DNA of 64,000 bases. It comes from a virus (lineage: Duplodnaviria > Caudoviricetes). Both the position numbers and the translations under genes were made by a program. The stretch is from positions 1 through 64,000 of IMG/VR virus record IMGVR_UViG_3300038428_000825; one strand, given 5' to 3'. Under the pieces are notes generated by a model. It had not been told where the DNA came from, did no database searches, and saw only the letters and a program-made list of their open reading frames with translations. Positions 17,890-26,263 of this stretch are shown here, piece after piece. Within the stretch, counting starts at the first letter, position 1. Every line of letters starts with the position of its first letter.

Positions 17890-18079
17890 TCGCCAAGGCT
17901 CCGCCGATCAGCTTCCGCGGAATCCTGGGTTTACGCAAACAGCCCTGAGTCCCTGTTGACTCTTCCAGATGTTTAGATGGAGATTAAAGGTGATCTGCAT
18001 CATATTGTGGGCGTGCCAAGCTGGATCATCTGGAGACTAACCGGCCGGCTCCGTTCATGGGAAGGCGATTTGGCGTAAA
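17890..18079. repeat. ~185-bp inter-cargo repeat, copy B
   Basis: Aligns with 5803-5984. Confidence 0.9.
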
Positions 18080-18171
18080 GCGAGAGACACTCCAGGCGAC
18101 ATTGGTTTTACCGGTAGTAATCTTGAGCCGAAACACCACAATTAGCTGGTTCAAACAGACCCTCCGCCTCG

Positions 18172-21147
18172 CTATCGCTCAAGCCGCACACGAAGACGCC
18201 GCGCTCGTTCGCGAAATGCTTCCTCGCCGCCCTCAAGGATGTCGCAAACGGCTTTGCGAATATTGACGTCTTCCAGGCCACCGGCGACGTAAGTAATTGG
18301 AGGCAGACCTGCCGCAGGGTGCGGGCCTGCGTCGGCGATGATGATCTGGTCTGCGTCCGTGTTGATCACCAGATTAGCGTTGTGAGTGACCATAATCACT
18401 TGGCGCTTGGTCTTGGCCGTGATAAACAACGAAACCAGTTCATCGAACACCGACTTCGGGTCCAAGTTTTCCTCAGGCTGATCGATTATCAACGGACGGT
18501 CGTCGGCATCGTCGAGTGCAAGGTATAGCAGCAGCAACACGATCCCACGCGTACCAGGCGAAAGCTTACGAATGTCGACGCCGTCGTAGGCGATCTCATA
18601 TCGAACGGAGATATGATCTGTGCTGAACAACCACTGTGCAAACTGTTTTAACCAGGCTCGGAATTCCAGCTTCTGTGTGGGAACATACGGCGCGTGTGAG
18701 AGTAGGTTCTTCCAATATTCAGCGATGAAACGGGCCATCGCCGCCTGAATGTCAGCCGCGCTCCCGGTCTCCCAAGCCGGTTTTAGTTTAGAGTTCGCGA
18801 GCTTAATCAGCGAGCCGCGGCCGTAGAATGGTCCACTCTTGCGACAATCTATGAGTTTGTCTTCAGCGAGGCCACCCCAAGTGTCTGCATCGATAACACG
18901 CGACACTGAAAAGCTAAGTTTGCTTAACGTCCCCGATGAATTCGCAAGCCTAGCCATAAGTGGCGCATAGAGGGCTTTGAGCTCGTTCTGTTCGCTAAGA
19001 ATCGCATCAAACACTCGGCCGTAAGACGCTTCGCGCTCAGTTTGGAGAGCCTTCCGGCGTGCCGCGGCACCTTGCGCATCAGTCAGACGCGCCTCAAACG
19101 CCTTGAGCGCACTGTTCTCCTGAGCGATCCGCGTGGAGAGTGCCGTATATTGATTGCGAACGACCGTATCGGCGCTGATGAACTGTTCTAGCCGCGTCAT
19201 CTCAGCCTTGATCGTTGCTAGGTTGACCGTTGTCAGGTCTTTCCCAAGGGGAATTAGCGCCACATTTGGATCGCCCGGCGGCGGAGGCACACCATTGATG
19301 TTTGCAATCTCTTTGTCGGCCCAGACGATGTAATCTGAGAGGGCCTTGTCAACGTCGCCCTTATAGATAAGCAGGAAATCATCCCACTGCGATGTGGCAA
19401 GTCCACTCTCGGAGTGTCGCGCCTGTAGCTCCCGCAGCATTTCTGGCGCCTTCGTTGCGCGCATGTTCTTCACTTCGTCCTGCATGGTGAGGTATGTGCG
19501 ACGTTGGTTGCTGAAGCTCTGTATCTTCCCGTTGAGAACTTGTGCAGCACGGCTCAACTCTGCATGACGCTTCGCTTGTACCTCTGTACCTTTGACGACG
19601 AGCTTGCCAAGGTCCACGTTATATCCTACGATCAAGCTCCGCTTCTGTGCGGCTTGCTGGTCGTAGGAAGCTACGAGACCCTCCTTCTCCAGTTCTTCGG
19701 AGATCCGGTCGGAAATCGCGGCGATCGCCTCATCCTCACGCACACGCGACTGCTGAAAGCGCACGACCCTGGACTCAAGAAGCTCAGCGAAGTCCATCGC
19801 ACCCTCGCGTTCATCTTCTGCGTGCGCCTCGAAAATGACGCGCTCGACCTCGCGGATCAATCCTTCGGAAGCCCCCTTTGAAGAACACAAATCCTCGACG
19901 AACTGTTGCGAAAGATACCGGGCGCGGGGATAGGCTAGAGGATCATTTGCGTCAGTTCCGTCCAGCGCGCGCGCGAATGTATTGCCGCCACCCCATGTGA
20001 GGGTCACCTTGGCGTTGCCGATTAGCGTTCGTGCCCGCACCAAGAACGAGGGGCTGATAGTCTCGTCGGTATTCCAGGCCGTCCTGGTAATCGCGTCGCA
20101 GCCCGCCGCAATTACATCGACCAAAGCGGTCTTTCCGGACCCACGCGCTCCGACAATTGCGACAAGGCCGGGGTTGAGAGGAATGGTCGGCGTGACCGCC
20201 CAGGGCGCATGAGTGATCTCGACCTGCGATATGACCTGCGACGGCATGGCGTGGCGCGGCGGCTCAGCTCCGACATAAACGCGGCCGCCCGGATCGATGC
20301 AAGCTTGACGCAGTGCGTCGAAGGTGAGCGCGCCCTTGACCCACGAGAAACTGTCGTTAACGGTCTGGCCGACTGACGTTTGGTCGTGCGCGTCGCTGCC
20401 ATGGAGGCACGGCTTGCAACCGTTGTAGCGTGTCCGCAACTCGTCAACGCTGGCAGCGCGTTGGCCGAGCCAGAACTCGCGTTGTGCCTGACTGCTCGCG
20501 AAGATGATGTGCGAGAACTTCTCGATCTCCTGTCGCACTGTCGCGTCGGCGGCCTGGCTCACCCCCGAAGTTCCGTCGCCGGCACCGCCGGCAACCGCGA
20601 TCAAGATGTTCTTCTTCGCCCAATCGCTTTCGCCGAAAACTTCGCGTAGTTGTGTAAAGCTGACCTTGAACTGGGTGGCCCCGTGTGCGAGCGCGGCTCG
20701 TTCATCCTGTATTTTCGGATCGGCACATTTGCCAAGGCGGATCAGATCCTCGCGAGTACAGTCAAAGCGGTCGCCATGCGCAATGAATTGGAGGCGTGTG
20801 AGGATACGCCGGACCTGGGCAAGATGATCCGGGTCTTCGGGGCTAACCAGAAGATGAATGTTAACGAAGCCGGATTTCGCCGCCGCATCAAGCCTTACCT
20901 CGATGTTAGGGAAGATGAGCTCAACGTCCGGGAGCCGTCCTGCACTTTTCTGCCGAAGAACCTCTTCGTACGTCTCGGTGACGTAATAGTCGGTAACAGC
21001 GATGGCTTCGATTCTGGGCGTGAGTCCTTCAAGCTTGGTGAGGTAGCTCCCCCAAGGATCTCTGGCACCGAATTGGTTGTTCAGAACGGTTCCGGGCGCG
21101 TGAATGTGAGGCTCCCAGCGCCGCCATTCTGATCCTCGATTGACCAT
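18172..21147 (-). CDS. PHP-phosphoesterase plus SMC/ABC-type ATPase (TrlF family / Ppl-like anti-phage protein)
   Basis: GSEWRRWEPHIHAPGT, AVTDY, HGSDAH (PHP); GARGSGKT; coiled coil; LSPGTRG signature; LIIDQPEENLD; VTHNANL; AAGGAG RBS. Confidence 0.85.
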   Translation of the reverse strand: MVNRGSEWRRWEPHIHAPGTVLNNQFGARDPWGSYLTKLEGLTPRIEAIAVTDYYVTETYEEVLRQKSAGRLPDVELIFPNIEVRLDAAAKSGFVNIHLLVSPEDPDHLAQVRRILTRLQFIAHGDRFDCTREDLIRLGKCADPKIQDERAALAHGATQFKVSFTQLREVFGESDWAKKNILIAVAGGAGDGTSGVSQAADATVRQEIEKFSHIIFASSQAQREFWLGQRAASVDELRTRYNGCKPCLHGSDAHDQTSVGQTVNDSFSWVKGALTFDALRQACIDPGGRVYVGAEPPRHAMPSQVISQVEITHAPWAVTPTIPLNPGLVAIVGARGSGKTALVDVIAAGCDAITRTAWNTDETISPSFLVRARTLIGNAKVTLTWGGGNTFARALDGTDANDPLAYPRARYLSQQFVEDLCSSKGASEGLIREVERVIFEAHAEDEREGAMDFAELLESRVVRFQQSRVREDEAIAAISDRISEELEKEGLVASYDQQAAQKRSLIVGYNVDLGKLVVKGTEVQAKRHAELSRAAQVLNGKIQSFSNQRRTYLTMQDEVKNMRATKAPEMLRELQARHSESGLATSQWDDFLLIYKGDVDKALSDYIVWADKEIANINGVPPPPGDPNVALIPLGKDLTTVNLATIKAEMTRLEQFISADTVVRNQYTALSTRIAQENSALKAFEARLTDAQGAAARRKALQTEREASYGRVFDAILSEQNELKALYAPLMARLANSSGTLSKLSFSVSRVIDADTWGGLAEDKLIDCRKSGPFYGRGSLIKLANSKLKPAWETGSAADIQAAMARFIAEYWKNLLSHAPYVPTQKLEFRAWLKQFAQWLFSTDHISVRYEIAYDGVDIRKLSPGTRGIVLLLLYLALDDADDRPLIIDQPEENLDPKSVFDELVSLFITAKTKRQVIMVTHNANLVINTDADQIIIADAGPHPAAGLPPITYVAGGLEDVNIRKAVCDILEGGEEAFRERARRLRVRLER

Positions 21148-21397
21148 TGGCTCTCCTTATTACCGCCAATAATATGCCGCGTGGCGACATCACTCCCCGT
21201 CTGTCGCCACGTGTTCGCTGATCTGCCAACACACGCTCCTTGGTTGATGTTAACAGCCCAAGTCACTCATTCACGGACGTTTTGATCACGGTCACTGCTT
21301 TGCAACGCTGGTAAAACGGCGTTTGCAGTAATTTGCAGAAGCCGGTTCGGGGATTCGCCAACAGAACCCTATACTAGACAGCTTCCAGGAGTCCGAA

Positions 21398-21646
21398 GTG
21401 AACAATCCCTTCAATCCGATCATGAGCACACTGAGGGCAACGAACTGGCGAGCTGTCGGGTTTGCCGCAGCCTCTGGAGGTGCTCAGTTTGCTGCCGGCT
21501 CCGCAGCGGTAGGTGCCATCGTCGGACGGAAGAACCACAAAGTCAGCGCCATGGGAAGAGGGGCACTGTATGGAGGTGCAGCCGGCGCTGTGGGTGCAGC
21601 GGGCTTCTCCGTATGGGCCCAACGCGCTCTCCGGGCTGCAGCGTAA
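21398..21646 (+). CDS. Small Gly/Ala-rich hydrophobic (glycine-zipper) protein
   Basis: AGGAG RBS, directly after the CCTATACTAG motif; GxxxG-rich helices. Confidence 0.7.
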   Translation: MNNPFNPIMSTLRATNWRAVGFAAASGGAQFAAGSAAVGAIVGRKNHKVSAMGRGALYGGAAGAVGAAGFSVWAQRALRAAA

Positions 21647-21667
21647 CCAAGAGATTCGGAAGGCCAT

Positions 21668-22342
21668 TTGCCCAGATTTGCTCCAGCAACACTCGCCGTC
21701 ATGTCCGGCTCCGCAGTTCTTGGCGGGGCATTCGGCTTTTCGCGCGCCAGTGCCGCTGCTCAGGATGATCCTGCTCCTGAACGGCTTGGATTCTCGATTG
21801 TTCAAGGCGGGGCCACGGCCGCCGTGGCCGCCGGCGTCGGAGCGTTCGCGTGGAAGAGCCGTGACATTCTGGCTCCCGCAGCCTGGGGAACTGCCAGGGG
21901 CATCGGCGAGAGTGCCACCCGGTCCATGAGCCGTGCCTTTCAGACCAAGGGACTTACCGGGATGCTGAGTCACCCTCTCACCATGGCCGGCTTCGGCGCG
22001 GTTGCTGGGGGCCTGATCGGTTCCAAGTTGAGTGACGACCCCGTCAGAGGAGCTGCCGCCGGCGCGGCCATCGGAGGCGTAACGACTCTGGCTGCCCGCG
22101 GAGCAACGAAACTCTGGGGCGGATCTCCCTGGTATGCGAAGGCTGCCCTAGTGGCGGCCGCTGCCATTGGGGCCGGCACTGCGACGCGCGCCTTTACGCA
22201 CGAAGATTCCTATGCCGCCGAGGATCACGCTGTCAGTGACGGTTCCGGAGGCTACGAGACAGAGCCCGGTGTTCGCCGGCGCATGGCTTCGATGAATGCC
22301 ACAGGAGACGTGGTCTTTGGTCTCCATTCAAGGCGCCACTAA
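21668..22342 (+). CDS. Glycine-zipper membrane-like protein (putative internal virion/ejection protein)
   Basis: Several GxxxGxxxG/AAAG hydrophobic stretches; GGAAGG RBS, TTG start. Confidence 0.7.
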   Translation: MPRFAPATLAVMSGSAVLGGAFGFSRASAAAQDDPAPERLGFSIVQGGATAAVAAGVGAFAWKSRDILAPAAWGTARGIGESATRSMSRAFQTKGLTGMLSHPLTMAGFGAVAGGLIGSKLSDDPVRGAAAGAAIGGVTTLAARGATKLWGGSPWYAKAALVAAAAIGAGTATRAFTHEDSYAAEDHAVSDGSGGYETEPGVRRRMASMNATGDVVFGLHSRRH

Positions 22343-22872
22343 TGCCCGTCGATCTCAATCAGGCAGCCCGCACGAACTTCGGCAATGCCGCCCAAAGTGT
22401 ACGGATGGCGCCATCGAACGCCTTCTGGCGCGGGGCGAGCGCCGGTACGTTTGGCGCTGCCTCTGGCGTCCTGATGGTGGCGCATGAAGCGGCGACCGCC
22501 CAGCGCGGCGAAGTTGTCCCCACCACTTTGGGGCGTAGCGCGAGTCTGGTGACCTATCCAGCTTTGGCCGGGACGATTGCGGCCGGAACTTCAACTCTTG
22601 CAGCCGTCATGGGCCTCTCGATTCCTCTTGTGGGCCCCCTCGCTTGCATCGCAGCTCTCTATCCAGATGTGGTGCTTGGCAATTCAGTCAGTCGCGCAGT
22701 ACGCGGAGTGACCGACCTCGGCCGGCAGATCCGCCATCTGGAGTTTGGTGGGCACTACACCGACACGGAGACTGCCCAGCGCCTGCGTATGCAGGCTTTC
22801 TATGAGATGAGCGGCGCCACTTCGGCGGCCCGCCGTTACTTGGGCCAAGAGGCATACTTTCTTCACCGGTAA
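22342..22872 (+). CDS. Hydrophobic Ala/Gly-rich protein
   Basis: TAATG coupling with the upstream gene; long hydrophobic central segment. Confidence 0.7.
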   Translation: MPVDLNQAARTNFGNAAQSVRMAPSNAFWRGASAGTFGAASGVLMVAHEAATAQRGEVVPTTLGRSASLVTYPALAGTIAAGTSTLAAVMGLSIPLVGPLACIAALYPDVVLGNSVSRAVRGVTDLGRQIRHLEFGGHYTDTETAQRLRMQAFYEMSGATSAARRYLGQEAYFLHR

Positions 22873-22882
22873 TGGAGACAAA

Positions 22883-23158
22883 GTGAACAACCCACTCAAT
22901 GCTATTTGGAGTTCTCTCAGCTCGGCAGCCAAATGGACGGCTGGCCGGGTGTCGCAACCTGGAATTGCAAGGAACGCTGCGATTGGCACAGGCATCGTCG
23001 CTGGTGCCGGCATTGCCGGCGGAGTCGGCGGCGCCTACAAGAACTGGTCCATCGGCGGGAATCAGGACAAGGCCCGGTCCGCCCGGATCGGTGCAACTCT
23101 CGGCGTTCTCGGAGCAGGCTCTGTCCTCGGAGCCCGTGCCCTCGCAAAGCGTGTCTAA
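22883..23158 (+). CDS. Small glycine-zipper protein, similar to 21398..21646
   Basis: GGAG RBS; MNNPLNAIWSSL versus MNNPFNPIMSTL N-terminus; two Gly-rich hydrophobic helices. Confidence 0.7.
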   Translation: MNNPLNAIWSSLSSAAKWTAGRVSQPGIARNAAIGTGIVAGAGIAGGVGGAYKNWSIGGNQDKARSARIGATLGVLGAGSVLGARALAKRV

Positions 23159-23191
23159 CATAACCTTCAACCTTCGGAAAGTGAGTGCCTC

Positions 23192-23644
23192 ATGGGATCT
23201 CCCGTCACCATTCCCAACCCGGCTCCCGGCTGTTCGTACCTGAACTACCCGCGTGCAGTGTTGAATACACCCCATCCTGTCTACGGCGGGAACCTTGCCG
23301 GCTTCGGTGTGGGTGATCTGCCGACTCAGTTCGAGTCAGGCATTCCTGTGTTCAATGCCATTACGGCGAACGCGACATCTGGGCTGATCGATGTCGCTGC
23401 CAACGCAATCGAACTGACCGCAACTTTCAGCGACCTTCACACCAGCTGCACGATCACGGTCTTCCTCGCGGACGGCGAAACGGTCGTTGCCACCTGGAAC
23501 AACGTGTCGACTCTCAACAGCGGCAACTTGTATGCCGGCTTCGCTGAACAACGCAAGCTGATCGGCGGCGGCTCCCTCCTCTTCCAGGTCTCGAACTACG
23601 ACGGCTCCGGATCCATCACCCTGTTGGTCAAGCGTACCGGCTAA
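23192..23644 (+). CDS. Hypothetical beta-rich (probably structural) protein
   Basis: 150-aa ORF, Thr/Gly/Asn-rich, phage-like codon usage. Confidence 0.65.
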   Translation: MGSPVTIPNPAPGCSYLNYPRAVLNTPHPVYGGNLAGFGVGDLPTQFESGIPVFNAITANATSGLIDVAANAIELTATFSDLHTSCTITVFLADGETVVATWNNVSTLNSGNLYAGFAEQRKLIGGGSLLFQVSNYDGSGSITLLVKRTG

Positions 23645-23729
23645 TCGCAGTTCTCCATACCTCATGGTGTGGACGTGGCTTCTGGTCCCGTGAGCCAGCC
23701 AATCACGGGGCGCTCCTTTAAGGACACAA

Positions 23730-25844
23730 GTGAGCAGCGGATTCGTTCCGTTGGCAGACCTGGTTGCCGGCCTCACGCCGGACGATCAAGAGTTCTTTGC
23801 CAACACCATCAAACGAGATCACGAAGCAGCAGGGACCGACCAGGAGGGAATCCTGCGCCGGATCTTGGGCTGTAAGCAATGCCAGGACTGCGTCGCTGCC
23901 TACAAGCAGAAGCATCCAGGCAAGGCGTTCGGGATCAAGTGCGTCGGTGTCTATGACATGGCTGATTACGAGGCCATGCAGGCTGACCAGAAGGCGATCG
24001 ACGAGAACGACTTCGACAGCATCGACGAGATCCGCGAGATATACGACCCGGCATTCTGGGCCACCAGGTACATGGTTCTGAGGGACGACCAGGGCAACAT
24101 CGAGCCCTGCGCGCCGCGCGCGTACCAGGAAGAGGCCCTCCGCTGCACTTCCCCTCGCAAAGTAGATCGGTGGGGCCGCGGTCTGGGCAAGACGCTCTGC
24201 GGCGTCATCGAAGAGCTCCACTTCATCAGCATCAACAAGAACACCGAAGTCATGGTGGTGGCGCCTTCCCAGGCGCAGGCCCAACTGTGGTGGGACGAGA
24301 TTGTCTTCCAGATCGAGAACTCGCCGGCTCTCGGCGGGAACGACTTCCTGATCTCGAAGAAGCAGCAACCTTATTACTACATGCGGTTCGGCAACGGCTC
24401 GGTCATCAAGATCTTCACGGCCGGTTCGAAGTCCGGCAAGGGTGCTGATTCCGTCCGTAGCCAATCTCCTCGCCGCATCCGGCTTGAGGAGCAGGATTAC
24501 CTGGCGGACAAGGACTACCAGGCCATCATGCCGCTGATGCGCCGGTTCAAGAACATCACCTTCCATGGTTCCTCGACACCGACCGGCCTGCGCGGAATGT
24601 TCTGGCAGATGTGCAACAAGTTGCCGGACTATAAGGAATTCTTCCACCCGATCATGGACCACCCGAACTGGGGGACTGATCAGCTGAATGAGGAAGTCTG
24701 CCTGGCCGAGGCTCAGACCCTGGAGAAGTACCGGCATGAATGGCTGGCCGAGTTTGGTGATCCGACTGCCGGCGTCTTCAAGTCCGCGTTTGTCGACTGG
24801 GCCATGAAGCCCTACAGCCTCAAGACTCTGATCCACGATCCGTCCAAACGCCATGTCATGGGCATCGACTGGAATGGCAAGGGCACTGGCACCAGGATTG
24901 TGGTAACCCAATACGATCCCGCCACGCGCAAACGGCGCGTGGTTCATCACGAGGCGATCGACGACGACAAGGCAACGACCAAGAAGTCCTTCAACAGGAT
25001 CGTCGAGCTGAACAAGCTCTGGCACTGCGACTATGTGTACGTCGATGCCGGCTTCGGCTTTGTTCAAGACGAACTCATCAAGGACATCGGTGTTCAGGCC
25101 GGCACCTTCGATTCCGATACCGCGAAGCTGAAGTACATCAATGTCATTGACTTCGGCGCCAAGCTTGAGACCAACGCAATTGTTCCCAACCGGAATCCAG
25201 ATTCGAAGTATCTGGCCGATCCCAAGGACGACATCCTTAAACGGCGCACCAAGCCGTTCATGGTCGAGGGCACGGTCATGGCCTTCGAGATGGAGCTGGT
25301 CGAGGTTTCGCGCGAGTACGCTCTGCTCGAGGAACAGCTTCGCGGTTTCAGGGTCAAGACCTGGACCAAGGGCGGCGCGGCCGACACCTATTCCACTGAT
25401 GCCGACTCCGGCGATCACGATCTCGATGCTTTCATGTTGTCGATGCTGGGAATCGAGCTGAACTACGGTCTCTGGCACACCAAGGAAACCGTCAGGCGTT
25501 TGGTACAAATCGCCCATGTGTCAGGCTGGGGATTGCCGTCCACTGTAATTAGCCAGCAGGCGGCGTCACCCGTCCAGACGCCAGGGCCGCCGGCCCCGGC
25601 TGCCATCGAGAGGATGCGTGAACTCAAACGCGAGACCTCCGGTGTTCCTGCGCGAACCAAGCCAGAAAGCAACCTGCAGGAGCAGTACCGTTTGCTTCAC
25701 ATGGCGAGGCAGAGCTACACCGTGGCGCCTGTCAACTCACCTGGGTCCGCCGGCAATGGTCGCGTTCCTTCCCGCACCAGCTTCTTTCAGAATTCAACCC
25801 GGCCCGGATTTGGCAGTGCCGGTCGTCGTTTTGGTGGTGGTTAA
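23730..25844 (+). CDS. terL: Terminase large subunit
   Basis: YQ Q-motif, Walker A-like WGRGLGKT, VVAPSQAQA, IRLEEQ (Walker B position), SSTP motif III, RNase H-like MGIDWN...DAG...DHDLDA. Confidence 0.9.
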   Translation: MSSGFVPLADLVAGLTPDDQEFFANTIKRDHEAAGTDQEGILRRILGCKQCQDCVAAYKQKHPGKAFGIKCVGVYDMADYEAMQADQKAIDENDFDSIDEIREIYDPAFWATRYMVLRDDQGNIEPCAPRAYQEEALRCTSPRKVDRWGRGLGKTLCGVIEELHFISINKNTEVMVVAPSQAQAQLWWDEIVFQIENSPALGGNDFLISKKQQPYYYMRFGNGSVIKIFTAGSKSGKGADSVRSQSPRRIRLEEQDYLADKDYQAIMPLMRRFKNITFHGSSTPTGLRGMFWQMCNKLPDYKEFFHPIMDHPNWGTDQLNEEVCLAEAQTLEKYRHEWLAEFGDPTAGVFKSAFVDWAMKPYSLKTLIHDPSKRHVMGIDWNGKGTGTRIVVTQYDPATRKRRVVHHEAIDDDKATTKKSFNRIVELNKLWHCDYVYVDAGFGFVQDELIKDIGVQAGTFDSDTAKLKYINVIDFGAKLETNAIVPNRNPDSKYLADPKDDILKRRTKPFMVEGTVMAFEMELVEVSREYALLEEQLRGFRVKTWTKGGAADTYSTDADSGDHDLDAFMLSMLGIELNYGLWHTKETVRRLVQIAHVSGWGLPSTVISQQAASPVQTPGPPAPAAIERMRELKRETSGVPARTKPESNLQEQYRLLHMARQSYTVAPVNSPGSAGNGRVPSRTSFFQNSTRPGFGSAGRRFGGG

Positions 25845-26263
25845 TGGCCAACGGAGATCCCCAGGACAACATCGCGGCGAGTGTGGCAGCCAGTTACGAC
25901 ATGCCGATCGCGGTCTCGGTCATTGAGAAGTTGTCCAAGTTCCCGTTCCTCCAGCAGTTGGGCTATAACGGCCAACTGAACTGGTTGAAGGGAGGATTCC
26001 TCGGGTTGCAGGACTTCTTCGACGAGATGACGACCTATTCGAGCGCCGCCGACATCCTGCAGATTGCCTGGCAGCTCATCCAGCCCAGAGTGCCCCTCAA
26101 CCTGGATGTGCAGAAGAACCTCTATACGACGGATTCGATGGGAACGGTCGGCAATGCCTTCCAGCAACTGGTCGGTTTCCAGCAGACCTTCGCCGTCAAT
26201 CCCGACGACCTTTCCAATTCAACAGGCAGCGCAGTCGTTGCCAACAATCTTCCGAGTTCTTGA
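25844..26263 (+). CDS. Hypothetical protein
   Basis: Translationally coupled to terL. Confidence 0.7.
   Translation: MANGDPQDNIAASVAASYDMPIAVSVIEKLSKFPFLQQLGYNGQLNWLKGGFLGLQDFFDEMTTYSSAADILQIAWQLIQPRVPLNLDVQKNLYTTDSMGTVGNAFQQLVGFQQTFAVNPDDLSNSTGSAVVANNLPSS

Larger units (their letters stand above)
15705..21368. mobile_element. Non-autonomous TIR element carrying two defence genes
   Basis: Ends GATGCTGTTGGCGAAT (15705-15720) and ATTCGCCAACAGAACC (21353-21368) are 14/16 inverted; flanked by direct repeat CTATACT (15698-15704, 21369-21375); no transposase inside. Confidence 0.8.
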
